DNA of 63,962 bases, counting the filler, from Choristocarpus tenellus KU-1152 (taxonomy: Eukaryota > Protista > Phaeophyceae), in the NCBI GenBank assembly GCA_964200185.2. It is 11 parts of 11 records of this genome, joined end to end, with 100 filler letters (N's around TTAATTAATTAA, not from the genome) between each part and the next. Parts side by side here need not be neighbours in the genome. Positions count along the whole stretch, not along the records: positions 50,232 to 58,154 come from CAXNAD020005389.1; positions 58,255 to 63,962 come from CAXNAD020009952.1; 9 more parts are not named here. The stretch is one strand, 5' to 3'. Below are positions 50,381-62,962 of this stretch, piece after piece (position 1 is the stretch's first letter; each line of letters starts with the position of its first letter). The translations under genes were made by a program, and so were the position numbers. The notes beneath the pieces are model-generated. The model was not told where the DNA came from. It was given only the letters and a program-made list of their open reading frames with translations, and searched no databases.

Positions 50381-52902
50381 AGTCTTCATTTCGTTGAGCA
50401 TGGCAAATGCACATGGCTCTAGCTCGTCCGCCATCCACGTGGTCCCATCTTTGCCTTCATTGTTTGCGTCAAGGTCTGGGCATAACACCTGTGCCCAAGA
50501 GAGGCGATTCATTCACATAGAGGGGATGAAAGGGTTGGGGGGGGGGGGGAGGAGGTGGGGATCAATCCAAAATACTTCAAAAATAAGGACGTATGGGTGG
50601 GCAAAGCAGTGCACTACTAGGTGCATAGTTCATGAGTGCATGCAATCAAAACCTGTGCCTCAAAACATAGAGACAGTTTGTGATGGTTTCTGATACCCAT
50701 GCAATCTGGAATGCTTGCATGGTTTATCCCAGTAACTTACAATTTCAAAAACAGAATTGATTGATGCCTTGGAAGAGGACGTAAGCGGGCAGCTAATTAG
50801 ATGTACACACACCAGACAAATACATACTCATATACAGGTACAGGAAGCTGCACAACCCACCTTCAAACTACCAACTCCAACCGATCCCCTCACCCAGAAG
50901 CCCAGCGAACACGAATTTATGCTGTTGTAGTGAAGAGCCGGTATATAACGACAAAACCCAAACCTCATCAGGGTTACCACTAGACTAGTCATATATATAT
51001 ATATTCTCTTGTTAGAGGTAGGGTTGGCTTCAGTGATAAGGAAGAGGTGTGTGTCAAAATAGTTGATGCTACGAAAGAGTTAAAACAAAGTACGTATATA
51101 TGCCAGAAAACAACCACACACTCAACACTCCAGGAAGATCTCAGAAATCCTCATCCCCTGAAGTGGATTTAAGTAGGTGGACTACAAAGGTATTGGTAAG
51201 TAGAAGTTGTACATAACTGCACAAGCTGGAGAATAGATGAAGGAGAGACTTGATGACTATCAGGGTGCTCAGTGCGAATCAGTTAAGTTGAGAGTCTGAC
51301 TATGACCACCGATGCCTGCTCCTGTCAAGATTTCGGTGCAGGTACACCCTATCCCGTTTCTCTCTCTCATGAAAAAAAGGGCGCTTTCTTAAGAACAAGC
51401 AGGAGGGGGTGCCAGAACAACAAAAGAGAGAGTGAACACAGTGTACAGCATGTAGAAAGCACAGGGAAAGGATAAAACTGATCATGACAGCGATCTGAGG
51501 CACAAGAACCAGCAAAAGGAAAGCTCAACAGTAATACCACCAGTGGCAAGAATCTGTCCTTCAGCATGGACATTGCATAGACTATTGAGTTAGCCGAAAC
51601 CAAAGTCCACCAAGGCAGAGAATTTTTTCTCCGTCTATTGCTCACATTGCAACAAAATGAACGGGATTTATGTGCAGCTTCAATTACCTTCCTTAACTCC
51701 TAATGTCAACGCTTACCTGGAGTTCTGCGCGATTGAGTATATCCTCTGGGAGCTGCCATGCATCATTGCGGTCCTTGTTAATGCTCACCACCACAGCCAC
51801 TCCCCTTTCCCTTCCATCACCAGATTCCTGCTTGACGAGATCTGTGAGGGGATACTGTGAACGGGCAGTGCGGCCGCGCGGTTGAGGGGTGAGGCACAGC
51901 CAGTCCCTTAGTTGCTCAGTCAGATAGGATCGTCCCAAACTGCAAGTTCAAATAATGAGGTGGAGCGATAGATGAGGACCCTATTTCGTGCACTGTGCTT
52001 TACAGATTTGATTCCTACCAGGCAGAGCTAGAAGGCTGAGGAGTGATAGGATATCGACATCCTGGTAAGGAGGTGACAGCAGGGGACGAAATTTCCCCAT
52101 GAGGGAGACCTACCAAGCCTGGTGGCTAGAGAGATTGGGTTGGGCTGCAGAAGTCTCTCTGTAACCATATCAAGCCACCTGTGCGCTCCATTGAAATTAT
52201 GGATGTACCTCAACGACGTCACCACAAGCTGGCAGTCTGTTGCTCTCTTCTTGCAACACAGGCTCAGATGGGCCCCTTGACGTATCTTCATCTTCCTTTG
52301 ATGCGACACGCCATCCCGCGAGTCTCACATCAGCTGCCCCAGAGGAGTCTCCTGAGAGTATTTCTTTGCCGTGCAGCTACATCACGCAGGGAAAACACCC
52401 ATACCATGGGCGCGAGAAATGAGAGCGGGTCGTAAAAGAGCGTGACGTGAAATATCAATGGGGAGCACTCACTCTATCGAAACTCAAACTTCAAACCCTC
52501 CTTCATGTCCCAGGCGTGCAGGTATACTTGCCCTGGAAGTTCCTCCTGATACGATATCTAGATCACCTGCGTGCGGCGAAGATAAGACCAATTATTGTAC
52601 CGAGAGCTCCATACTGAATGCTGATCACCTGGAAGAGAGCGCCAGTGGGGATATAGCGGAAGGTCGGTAATGGGAAAGGGAGGGAAATGGTTCACATTAA
52701 GTTAACATGATCTGAACGATGATAACTTGACCACAAATTTTTTGTCTGAGAAAGAAAATGGGCAAGGTAAAAAACGAAAAATCGGAATTCGAGGTCGTGA
52801 CTTACAAAGACGTGTTGCACTGGTCGCGAAAGCTCTGACTGGATCCTCTTCGGCAATGAAGGCAATAGCCACAGCCAACACAATTCGGTGTTGAAGTCTC
52901 AT
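50381..52902 (-). CDS. Probable plastid-targeted protein of unknown function, 5 exons, 3' truncated
   Basis: Exons 52902-52806 (MRLQHRIVLAVAIAFIAEEDPVRA|FATS...), 52628-52567, 52376-52209 (...PACGDVVE), 51854-51717 (YPLTDL...GRERGVAVVV...AELQ) and 50488-50381 (VLCPDL...WMADELEPC...). All GT-AG and phase-compatible. Confidence 0.7.
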
Positions 52903-53200
52903 TCCCACTTTCTTGTTCTGTTCTAAGGACGAGCCTTCTCTGGAACGGAAGGATTCAATATTCCAACAAGGGCAAGATCCGACTGAGGAGGTCCTTTGCA
53001 CTGTTGAATCGATCGCTTCTCCTTACTACGGAGGTGGGAGGAGGAGGTTGATCCTGAACGCATGATGTAGGGGAGTTTATATTACTTCTATCAGCATAAT
53101 TTACTGTAACTGTTGGCAAAGCAATACCTGTAAAGAAAAACAAATTTGATTTGAAAACTGGTAACCCACAAAACAGAGGGAGGGTGCAGCACACTCAGAG

Positions 53201-56200
53201 ATGGAGACCAATGATCGAGTTGAGGACCCAGATGAAAGGATACCAATCTCTCCCTCTGCTGTTACATTTCAAGAGTGGGCCGAGGTCCTCGCGAGTACAA
53301 ACGATATCACCAACGACGAAGGAAGCATCGAAACAGTATCCGATGCCCCGTCGAGACTAAGGGTTACAGCCTCATTGCACAATACATCAGCGGTATCCCG
53401 TCAAGACAGTTCATATCACAGACCTTGCACATTCTCTGGTGCGAGTGAATCTGATAACAGCTTTGGTTACGAATCATCAGATAACGAGAACGATCCTGAT
53501 GAAAAGAACCCAGTGTTGGGCAGTGTCGACAGTGGAGATGGGCGGAGCGATGAACCCGAGTCACATGGCGATGTGCCCAAGGCCCGAGAACATCCTGTGG
53601 AGAGCGGAGATGATGTGGATATGTTTGCCACAAGTGTCTTAGATCTGACATGTCTCGAGACTGGCGACGAGACCAGAACTCAGATCTCCGATATTGCATC
53701 CACATGTACATCCTTGAATGGGCATTACAATACAGTATTTCGGAACTGGCTCATGCATGTCTTGGAAAAGGACGATAAGAGCGGAACGAAGGTGTAGCAT
53801 TTTATCAGCTCATGCAAATCTGGATCATGTTTCGGTAGAATGCTCTTTACTGGACTGCCAGCTTTTTTCTGCACCTTAACACGCTCGAATTCGATACACA
53901 ACACTCTCTGAATTGCAGCAACTACAACATGTGTGGGCTACAGCTCGGCGCAGACGTCGCCAAAGTAATAAGACATTCGAGGCTGCAGACTACGAGACAT
54001 CCGATAGCAAGGTCAATGTTGGTGGAATAGAAGGCGATGTCAGTCGAACTTTCGTCAGTACGGCAAGACTCTCTCCAAAATGAGCAGCACCAATTATGGC
54101 CCTTTGCGTCAAAATCTAAGTGTTGACTCCAGTTGGTCTTGCTACCTATACCACAACGGTGTCCCATCAATCGTTTGAATTGCCTGCCTGTTCTTATGTG
54201 TTGGCAAGGTGTGGCACATGCGTAAGAGTGATGCTGTCAATAAGCAACGTGGTATTGTGGGGACAAGGCGAAAGCGAAAACATGCTGCCCGATTCCTCAC
54301 ACTTATGCTCGGGATCAGTGTGGGATTAGCAGGATGCTTTGTGACATTCTTCATAGAGTTAATCCTCGAGGAGAAGCTCCATTTTGTGGCACACGTGCTG
54401 GAGAAGAATGTGGGCGACACAGGTGCGATAGGGTTGTGGATAGGTAGTACAGGTGGGTGAATTGACAGGCAGCAGTCTGTAATGGTGTGGACTACCCGTA
54501 GATTTGTACTACATACATGTAAGGTGATCATATCTGACATTTAATCCCTTGAACGAGCATGGGAATCAGCAATCCCCTCTGCATGGTGAGACTACTGCTT
54601 GGACTTCTGGTTGCTGAAATAAACTACCCCAATGAGGTGGAAAGATCAGGACAGTTACTGAAGAGTAGTGACCAGCTTAATACATTGACCTCATCTTCCG
54701 TTAATTTACTATAACCACTTCAAAGCCAGGACACAACACAATAATTTCTGTATCATAATATCCTCCCTATGCCAGCATCCATATGATGACGATTTCCCTA
54801 TTCACTCTCATCGTTATATACTCCTATGTGCGCCAGATTTCCGAAAATTCGGAATGGCCTTTGGATGGTTTTGGGGCATCAATATGCTGCTTGGACTGGC
54901 AGCATACGGTCTTGTATGGTTCAAGCCGCTGTCAGCTGGCTCTGGGATTCCTGAGACAAAATGTGTCCTGAATGGTGTCAGCATCCCCCAGGCAAGAGCA
55001 TGTATCCTTCTTATTTCGTAAAGTCTCTAAGACTCGTAGTGCAGCATGACTGACAGGCATCCCAAGCCTCGCCAGTAGACGAACCTACGGTAGAGCACTT
55101 CAGCCTTGCTTGAGTGGGGAGAAGAATATATGCTCTCCAGGTGTATGTATCTTAGAGCATGCACCTGTATACATGCAAGAATACTGAAGTGGGAAATAGA
55201 CAAATATAGTCCACGAATTGACTTTGTGTACGTGGAGGTTCAGTTCCTTCTTCATTTTGCAAATTAGGCCCCCTTCTGTTGCTGCCAAGTACAGTGAAGT
55301 CTTGAAAACCTAGGCAACGATTCCACAATTGAGATTTTTGTTCATTTAATCGTGCTTCAGAAGACCGCGTGTCGGATTAGGGTTAGTTGGGGTTAGGGTT
55401 AGACCTTCCATTTTGGCGAAGGTAAGTTCCTTCCGCAACTCGACCATTGAAGTTTTACTCTTGGCAACATGTTACCTCAAATTCCACTTTCTTGAGTATC
55501 AAATACTTTGGTCGTCTTCAACCTACTCACAGAACCAGACCTCGACTACATTTTTTTGTTTTTTGTAGCATTCAGTGGTACAACGTCTCATGCAGTCCCC
55601 CCTGAGAAGTCATTGTGATGCCTCAAGTATCAAACAACACTGATAACCTGAAACAAAAAAAGCATGGGAAAACAGGTATTTTCTCCAGCAACGCTGGTCT
55701 GCAAATTGCTTGGAGTCATCCTCGCGGTTGCCTCAGGACTTCCTGTGGGGAAGGAAGGACCCATGATCCATGCGGGAGCTGCCGTCGGTGGAAACATTGC
55801 AACCCTGCCAAGGTTTTTCCCAGCACTTGAGGAGTTTAGAAACGACCGCGACCGGTGAGATGGAGGTTTCATAAGCCCAATCCTAGGTCATTATTTTCAA
55901 TTTGTGTAACCTGTGGCATCGTCCCCATGGAGTTGGCAAGGGCTGTGTGCCTTGTCTTCTTCACCAGCCACACACTTCTGCACGTTAAGAGAAGCGCTTT
56001 TTTTGTTCAAAATTGTGTAGTAAGAGTGTACAGAACAGACCATTAGGGAAGCCTCTTTGAGTTGCCGATGGCATTCATCGAAGGGAAGAAACAATAGAGA
56101 TGCCATGATAGCCCAATCTATATGCTGTTCACAAGAAATAATGAGTACCTGAAGCAGGAAGAATCCAGGAAGTTGGGTACAAATCGAAAACTTAATTGGG

Positions 56201-58129
56201 TCTTTCAAGTTGCCCTTTCATCTCCATTGTTGCTATCTCTCAGTTCCATGACCTCATATATTTTCTTCCATCTGTAAGTGCGGAGGGGTTTTCTGCTCAG
56301 GAAATTTCCTGGACCGGTGGAGATACCCTGCCTAACAAAGCATTCTTCACAGAAATCCCCGAAGACAATAATGTATCTCCTTCACAGTCATTCTAAACAA
56401 AATGTATGCATCTTTTTCTAGTTGTGTGGTCTGGTGTTGGTACTCTCTTCCTCAGCAGAGGGGCATATCATGGTCTTGAAGGGGCATCATGCCTTCAAGA
56501 AGGAATGACCAGCGCATTACCCCTGCTACTGTCCAACAGTCTCTGTACTACCTTTCATGGCCCCATCTCCAAGTATACTTTTTAAAGATAAAATGTGCTA
56601 ACCCCAGGTTTTTGTGTTGGAGTAATGCCAAGACAAGTACTGCTTTGGAGTAGTAGAAAATATCAATAATAATAGTATCAGTAATAAAAATATCAATAAT
56701 AATAGTATCAGTAATAAAAATATCAATAATAATAATATCAACAATATTAATATCAATGATAGTATCAACAATAATAGTATTCTTTTCGAGAACAAGCTAT
56801 GTTCACACTTAGCAAAATCTACTTTTTGTACTATGTCTCCTAGTTCACCACTACGCACAGTGTGCCGTTTCTAATCACAAACTGACTCTTGAAGGTATGC
56901 CCTGTACACTGTCACACATATGAGAGGCAGACCTAAGTAGTGTCATAGTTGGATTTTCGTGGTCCGTGAAGCTCACCATTGCAACCTCTCATCCCAGTCA
57001 CCACCATCACTCCATTACTTCAACCTCAACTCCCTCAACGTTTGGCATGCATGATGACATCATGAACCCAAAAGAACGATGGCGGGAACAGTGGTGATAA
57101 GAGCAACAAATCCGTTTTTTTAACAAATATATAGAGGGTACGGAGCATGTTGCAGAAATTGCAATATTTACACCCCCAATGGGAAGGACCGTGTACAGAA
57201 TTGGGCATGCCCTACCATCTCAATCTTTGTGGAAATGGTGATATGGATGCAGAAGGGCAATGTCACAAACCATGTTGCCCTGACCTCCTCCTCCTGTCCT
57301 TCCCCCTCTGCTCTGTGATACTTGAACCACTGCCGTAGTCGAGACTTTGCGGCAATGGGGACAGCTGCTGGGGTTGCAGCAGCTTTCCGCACTCCCATAG
57401 GAGGGGTGCTGTTTGCAATGGAGGAGGGTGCCTCCTTCTGGTCGACGGTCCTTACCTACAAAAGGTAGACAACCCTCTCAAAAGGGTGGAAATGGTGGGA
57501 TATGAATTTGACAAGACTCCTTTTTACACCCTAACAAGGGAATTGTATTTATATTGATTTTGTAATCCCAGGGTTTATAAGTTCAATTTTTATCACTGCC
57601 TTCATGAACTGAAGTCCTTCGAGAAGTTGCTGTTCAGAAAGTCTTTCACCTCATCTACATCAGAGATCTACACCTTATCCGGAACCCTATCCCCTTCCAG
57701 CTGCACCCATCCAGAATGCAAGACTTAGGACTGAGTCATTGATTTGGGTGGATGCATTTTTCCATTCTCTGAACTGCAACATTCCGGCCTCCCCTTCAAA
57801 CTCCTTACCCCCTCCGCTCTCCTCCCCACCAGTCCTGCCTCCCCCCACCGTACCCAATCTCCACCCCCACATATTCGAACTAGTTCAGAAACGCTTATCA
57901 AATCCCCCAAACCCCAAAACACTCCCTCGTGTTAGTTACCCTAGACTAGTCCTCCTCAACGCACTGCTCCTCACATTCAACCGCCCACTCATTTTGTGGG
58001 TTTCCAAAAAGTTTTGCAGCGGCTGTGGTTACGGTGACCACATACTACCTTGTCTTCAAGGGCGACACCATCCTCAATGACCCTCTTGAAGCGGATGACA
58101 TCTTTGTCTTTGGTCTGTTCGACGAGCAG
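53201..58129 (+). CDS. CLC family chloride/proton antiporter (CLC-6/7 or plant CLC-d-like), 5' part
   Basis: Exons 53201-53791, 54209-54422, 54837-54991 (AGSGIPE), 55676-55854 (GKEGPMIH...FRNDRDR), 57339-57464 ([31 protein letters not shown]) and 58012-58129; phases consistent. Intron 3 has a GC donor. Confidence 0.95.
56655..56782. repeat. AT-rich (ATCAATAATAATAGT)-type minisatellite in a CLC intron
   Basis: 15/30-bp periodicity directly visible. Confidence 0.85.
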
Positions 58130-58683
58130 GTACAAAAAAAAAAAGAATGCGGGGNNNNNNNNNNNNNNNNNNNNNNNNNNNNNNNNNNNNNNNNNNNNTT
58201 AATTAATTAANNNNNNNNNNNNNNNNNNNNNNNNNNNNNNNNNNNNNNNNNNNNGGGGGGGGGGGGGGGGGGTGAGTAAATGACTGCATGTGAACTGTTG
58301 TTTAAATTGGGTTGCATTATAGTCAGCAGTATGGTGTGTGACAGACTATGCAAGAAACCATTGATTTTTTTTTAATATTCTGACCTTGGCTGGGGTTAAC
58401 TTCGACAGGTCAGATCATACCGTGGAGTTGGTAACCCACACCGAGCATATCTGAACCACTGTCTGTAAGGGATGCAGAGTCTTCCCTTTATCTCAAGGTC
58501 CAAGAAGATTATTTAAAGTAGAAGTAGGAGTGTATGCTTGGGATATGTGCACATTGAATAGCTACCCCCCCTGCATTTCTTCATTTCATCAATGCAACGG
58601 TTTTGATGATGTTTTTCTTGTTATTTTGTTATTTTTGAATGTTGATCCAATTTGATCTTGGTATACGTATTCTTATTGCTCAG

Positions 58684-59365
58684 ACGAGAGATGAGGATGA
58701 CCTTAAAGAAGAGGAACTACAAGATGAGGATCAGGACAAGCAGCACATAGATACGCGCAGTGAGCTCTCAGAGGTAAGAGCCCAATTTTGCCTATCTCTT
58801 TGATCACAGTAGCCCTAACCTTAAATCCGTCCCTAGCCCTAAACCCCCTGTTCCAGTGTTGGGGGGACAATGGTTTCATCCCTGCATTGGTCCTAACCTC
58901 TATAGTGCACATCCGTTTTGGTTCTGTAAATTGATGAGAATTGAATCGATCAACGGAAACTAACAGCATACATAATGTGTGTGTTTAACAGCATACATAA
59001 TGTCTGTGTTTCGGGTGCTTTTACCTTGTCCATGTAGGCACACAATGGGGTTTGGGGACTCCCTGGCCCTAACCCTAACCTGTTAGTCCAATAATCTCTC
59101 TTCTCATGTTGCATACACATCTGTATTCATGTTTATGTGCATGCCTGTGTCTTAGGTTCATACCCCAAATAAGCGCAAGCTAGAGGACTACCTGGAAGGC
59201 GAGGGCGAAGACAACATGGATGATGATGATGATGCCTCAGAAGAAGCAGAGGAAGAGCAGCGCACCCAAGGAGAGGGTGGGGGGCAGGTGCACGACGAGC
59301 ATGGAGACCTGTTTGAGGACTTGGCCTCCAACCCATCAGTAAAGCCTTCCAATGCTACCTTTATT
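58684..59365 (+). CDS. Two acidic internal exons of an unidentified protein
   Basis: Exon 58684-58773 (TRDEDDLKEEELQDED...SELSE, GTAAG donor) and exon 59156-59365 (VHTPNKRKLEDYLEGEGEDNMDDDDD...NATFI, GTGAG donor); both phase 0. NKRKL is a possible NLS. Confidence 0.65.
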
Positions 59366-59432
59366 GTGAGGTTTCGGGGTTAGGGTTACGACTTGAAGGT
59401 TGAAAAAGGAATGAAGAGCATGGTAGACTCAC

Positions 59433-59708
59433 ACTGATATTGACATTTGTAGCTTTGTTATCGTTGTAACATAATATATCATTACCAATGCTGCCAATTA
59501 GTTGCATTCTATGATTCAGACATTGAAAAGTATGTATGTGTTGGATTATATATCTAGCATTTAATCCTAGAGCTCTGCAAACTGCAAATGAAGCAGCAAT
59601 GTTTTTGTAATCATGTTTACCAACTATATTGTTTAATGAGGGTAGTATATAAGATCTAATCAGATCTAAATAATCATTCATTAATTTATACGTACAGTGT
59701 ATATTCAA
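59433..59708 (-). pseudogene. murD: Bacterial murD (UDP-MurNAc-L-Ala:D-Glu ligase) internal fragment, Rickettsiaceae-like
   Basis: IVGKHDYKNIAASFAVCRALG...IHTFQCLNHRMQLIGSIG..LCYNDNKATNV matches the MurD blocks G.HN..N..A..A, F.GL.HR and YNDSKATN. Very AT-rich. Conserved HN and NDS are changed to HD and NDN. Confidence 0.88.
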
Positions 59709-60599
59709 CTATTCTCACTTGGTGCTATCCCCTTTTGTGTATTAATATTGTTTTATGCTGCTGCTGTTGTGTGAGGTAGAAGAGAGAGAGAGAGGTTTGG
59801 AATGATGTGTCTTTAGGTGTAAGGAAAATCTACCGGGCGATTAATTTCCTTACAGGAAGGACTAACTCTACAATACATTCTTGTAATAGAGGATCATACA
59901 CTGCTGTAATAGAGGATGTAGCATGTGTCTTTTCCTACACCTGTCAAAAACGTGAATATCGCTGAATAGAGATTTTGAATTTGTAGAACACGCATTTTAC
60001 AAGGTGACCAAACCCTCTCAGTCCAGAAAGACACAACCCTTGAGCATTAGTATATGCAGTGGTTCACACTGTATGTTTGATTTTATTGCTATTGTAGTTG
60101 ACATTGATAATGTGATTGATAGGATCCAAAACCGTTTTTTTTACTATTACATTCTGTTGGTGAGAACTTGTGGTCTATTGCCTACCCCCTCATTCTCATC
60201 TTGTTTTTAGAAGCATCTCACATTCCCTTCACCCCCCACCCCCACTGCACCCTCTGTATGTGTGCAATGGTTTGTGGTCCGACCTCCTCTCCCTGCATTG
60301 CCTTTTCCCGATGGTCTAAGCCGGCACAGGGGAAGGGGAAGAAGACGGTTTCCTCCAATAAGAGGTCAAAGAGCTAATGATGATGATGGTATTTTTGTAT
60401 GTAGATAGTTCTGGGGGAAGTAGAGGGAGAGGGGTTGATGGTTTCACACATGTGGGGGGGAATATTTCCCGGGTGCATCCAATCAGTGCGTCTAATCATA
60501 GTTGATTTTGGTGAGGAGTAAGGCATGGGTGTGAGGAAAACTATTGACAGTGTGATGTGTTTGCTTTTTTTCCTCATTAATTTCTGCTACACCATCACA

Positions 60600-61460
60600 T
60601 CGTCTCACTATGTGGTATCATTTTTGTGCCAATCCTACCCTTTTTTCCGATAATTAATGCACAACTACAGTATCCAGTTGACTTCCCATATTTGTAAGGG
60701 TGTGGTGCAACAACTGGCTGTGGGCAGTAATTCTTGATCAAGGGTTAATTTATTTATGGGGGGAGGGGTGGAGTAATGGAAAGCTTGTTTGTACCAGATT
60801 TGGTCTGTTTTGAGATGGAACAGAGGGGGAGAGAAGGGGTAAAGCAGTGTTAACAATTGAGATTCCACACATGAACCTACATTTTGATTAAACAATTCAC
60901 ATTCAGTTTTCTGACAGTGCTAGTGATGTTGTTGAGTTACACATTAGTTATTCTAGCCTGGGTAGGCTTGAGGGTGTATGAGTCTATCTTGAGTGTATAG
61001 TTGAGAAGATGTTTGTGAGCATTAGGGGGATAGAGATGATGCGATGCATGGATTAATCATGTACAATATGGACTTCAAGCAAGTGAATAGACCTTTGACA
61101 ATATCACCATGTGCTACTGTTGGAATGAGCTGTGATGAATGGATAGAAGTCAGTTTTATTGTTCACATTACTATACAGGACGTACGTATTTATAGTATGT
61201 TATGTGCATCCTTCAGATTACATTAATGAATGCGAATTATGTGGGAGAGTGTGTGAGCAAATGCTTTCCCCATCAGTACCTTGCAGCAATCCGTAAGACA
61301 CACACAGGTGATGAAATGTACCACTTGTTTGCTTGCATACTTAGTTGTTTAGCACGGCCATGGCTGGTAAACCTATGGATGGTGAGAGTCTATGGTTTTG
61401 CTTTTTGCAGGTTTATAGTGTGTGCTGCCTTGGTCAACAACTGTCCTTTGGATGAAATAA
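60600..61460 (-). pseudogene. Possible highly decayed LINE reverse transcriptase
   Basis: Ordered remnants LTKAAHTIN (DL.KAFD), SLSP/..NIF (LSP.LFNI) and PYKY(G) (YKYLG) across frameshifts; no recognisable YADD. Confidence 0.3.
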
Positions 61461-62664
61461 ATTTTAAAAAAATGGTTGCGATCATTTTCTTCTTGCAAAA
61501 CTGTACCAGATCCTCTGGTAGTGTCCCTGCACAAGAATATTTTGGGAGAGAGCAATGGATTCAGTTTGATTGTGGACATGCCCGGTACTAGAATGAATGT
61601 CAGTGATGAGAAATCAAGCTCCCCACCAATGGTCTAGTAGTTGCTACTGCCTGAGGAGATTTGAGAGGAAAGGGAATAGCTTGTTCAGGTGGTTTTCTAT
61701 GGTATTCTTGATCACTTCTAGGATGAGCTTTGTTGTATGTAGTATAACTCACAACCAAGATCAAAATTCACCTTAAGATTTGGTCTGATGTGTTGTATGT
61801 TCATACTCTACGTCATTTCCCAGGTGATTGTTACTGCTGGCTCCTTCTGTAATCAACAAGATCCGAACAAAATTTTGACATCAGACTGTCCATCCGTACC
61901 CCCTCACAGTGGGGGGGGCCCTGAGAAGTTTTGCCAAGCCTTTTTTTTGTGGAGTACAGATCTCACTGAAAAGTGGTGCATTGCTTTTTTGATACTAAGA
62001 TTTTATTTATACCCTATAACTGCCATCTGCATTGAGTGCTTTTAAGGACAAGGCCTGCAGAGAGACTGGTACTCCTTGTGCTCTGAGTCAAGGTTGACAG
62101 CCTGCATCCATTCGGACTACATATTCAGTCATGTGACTCCCACCTGGCCTGACTGAGGGTTCTCAGACTCATCCTCTCCATCATCCTCAATACCATATCC
62201 ATTAAGTTGAGAGAGGATTTGTGGATATCAAAGTTCACCCAAGCTTTTGGTCAACCCAGCACCGAAATACTACCTTGCCATTCTCATGTAGGGTGTGTTT
62301 ATGTGTATGGTCATCATAGGGTTCTTGCCCATCATGTGCTGCCTCTCCCACTTTAGGCGCTGCAGTAATAACTCATTGTTCACAAACTTCAAGAAATTCT
62401 CCTTTCTTTACGGTGCTCGCACTATTCCATTATTTCATGTACTGTTCCTTCGTCTTCCTCTCCCACAAGCCACATCTTCCCGAACTTTTCCTGTTGGTGG
62501 ATTGCTTTTCCTTGATCTGAACAGAATCCCATTTCTTCACCTTGCCAGGCTGCATAGTGATGAAACTGTCAGACGATTCTCAAGAACTATCTTGGTCCCC
62601 ACCCATGAAAGAGAAATATGGTATATTTTTCTCAGAGCTTGCGCCTGCAGTACCTTTTGTGTGA

Positions 62665-62962
62665 TGGGGGGGGGTGGCGGCTGTCCATTAGGAGTCATTA
62701 TTTTCATATCGCGATATTGGGGTGAGTTGCTTAACTTTGCATACGTCGGATGGATAATTTAAATGCACTTTTCCTGATTTTGACACAAATGGACATCCTG
62801 GTGTAGCCCCCCCCCCCCCCCCCCCCCCCCCCTCCCCCCCCCACCCTCCCCCCCAGCAGACCNNNNNNNNNNGGGTGGATAATTTAAATGCACTTTTCCT
62901 TTTTTTGACAAAAATGGAAATCCTGGTGTGGCCCCCCCCCCCCCCCCCAGATACTTTGGGTC
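62665..62962 (+). mobile_element. MITE family B copy spanning a 10-N gap
   Basis: GGGGGGGGTGGCGGCTGTCCATT...GCATACGTCGGATGGATAATTTAAATGCACTTTTCCTG...CCCCAGATACTTTGGGTC. The right part is duplicated on both sides of the gap at 62863-62872. Confidence 0.75.

Noticed and set aside
51590-52127. Alternative exons for the minus-strand plastid gene (52127 region, and terminal TEKKFSALVDFGFG*)
   Set aside because: The simpler model GDVVE|YPL...LQ|VLCP is phase-consistent and also explains the 50488-50381 exon; needs RNA-seq to exclude fully.
62750-62950. Apparent direct duplication around the 10-N gap
   Set aside because: Likely an unmerged overlap of two contig ends at a poly-C run.
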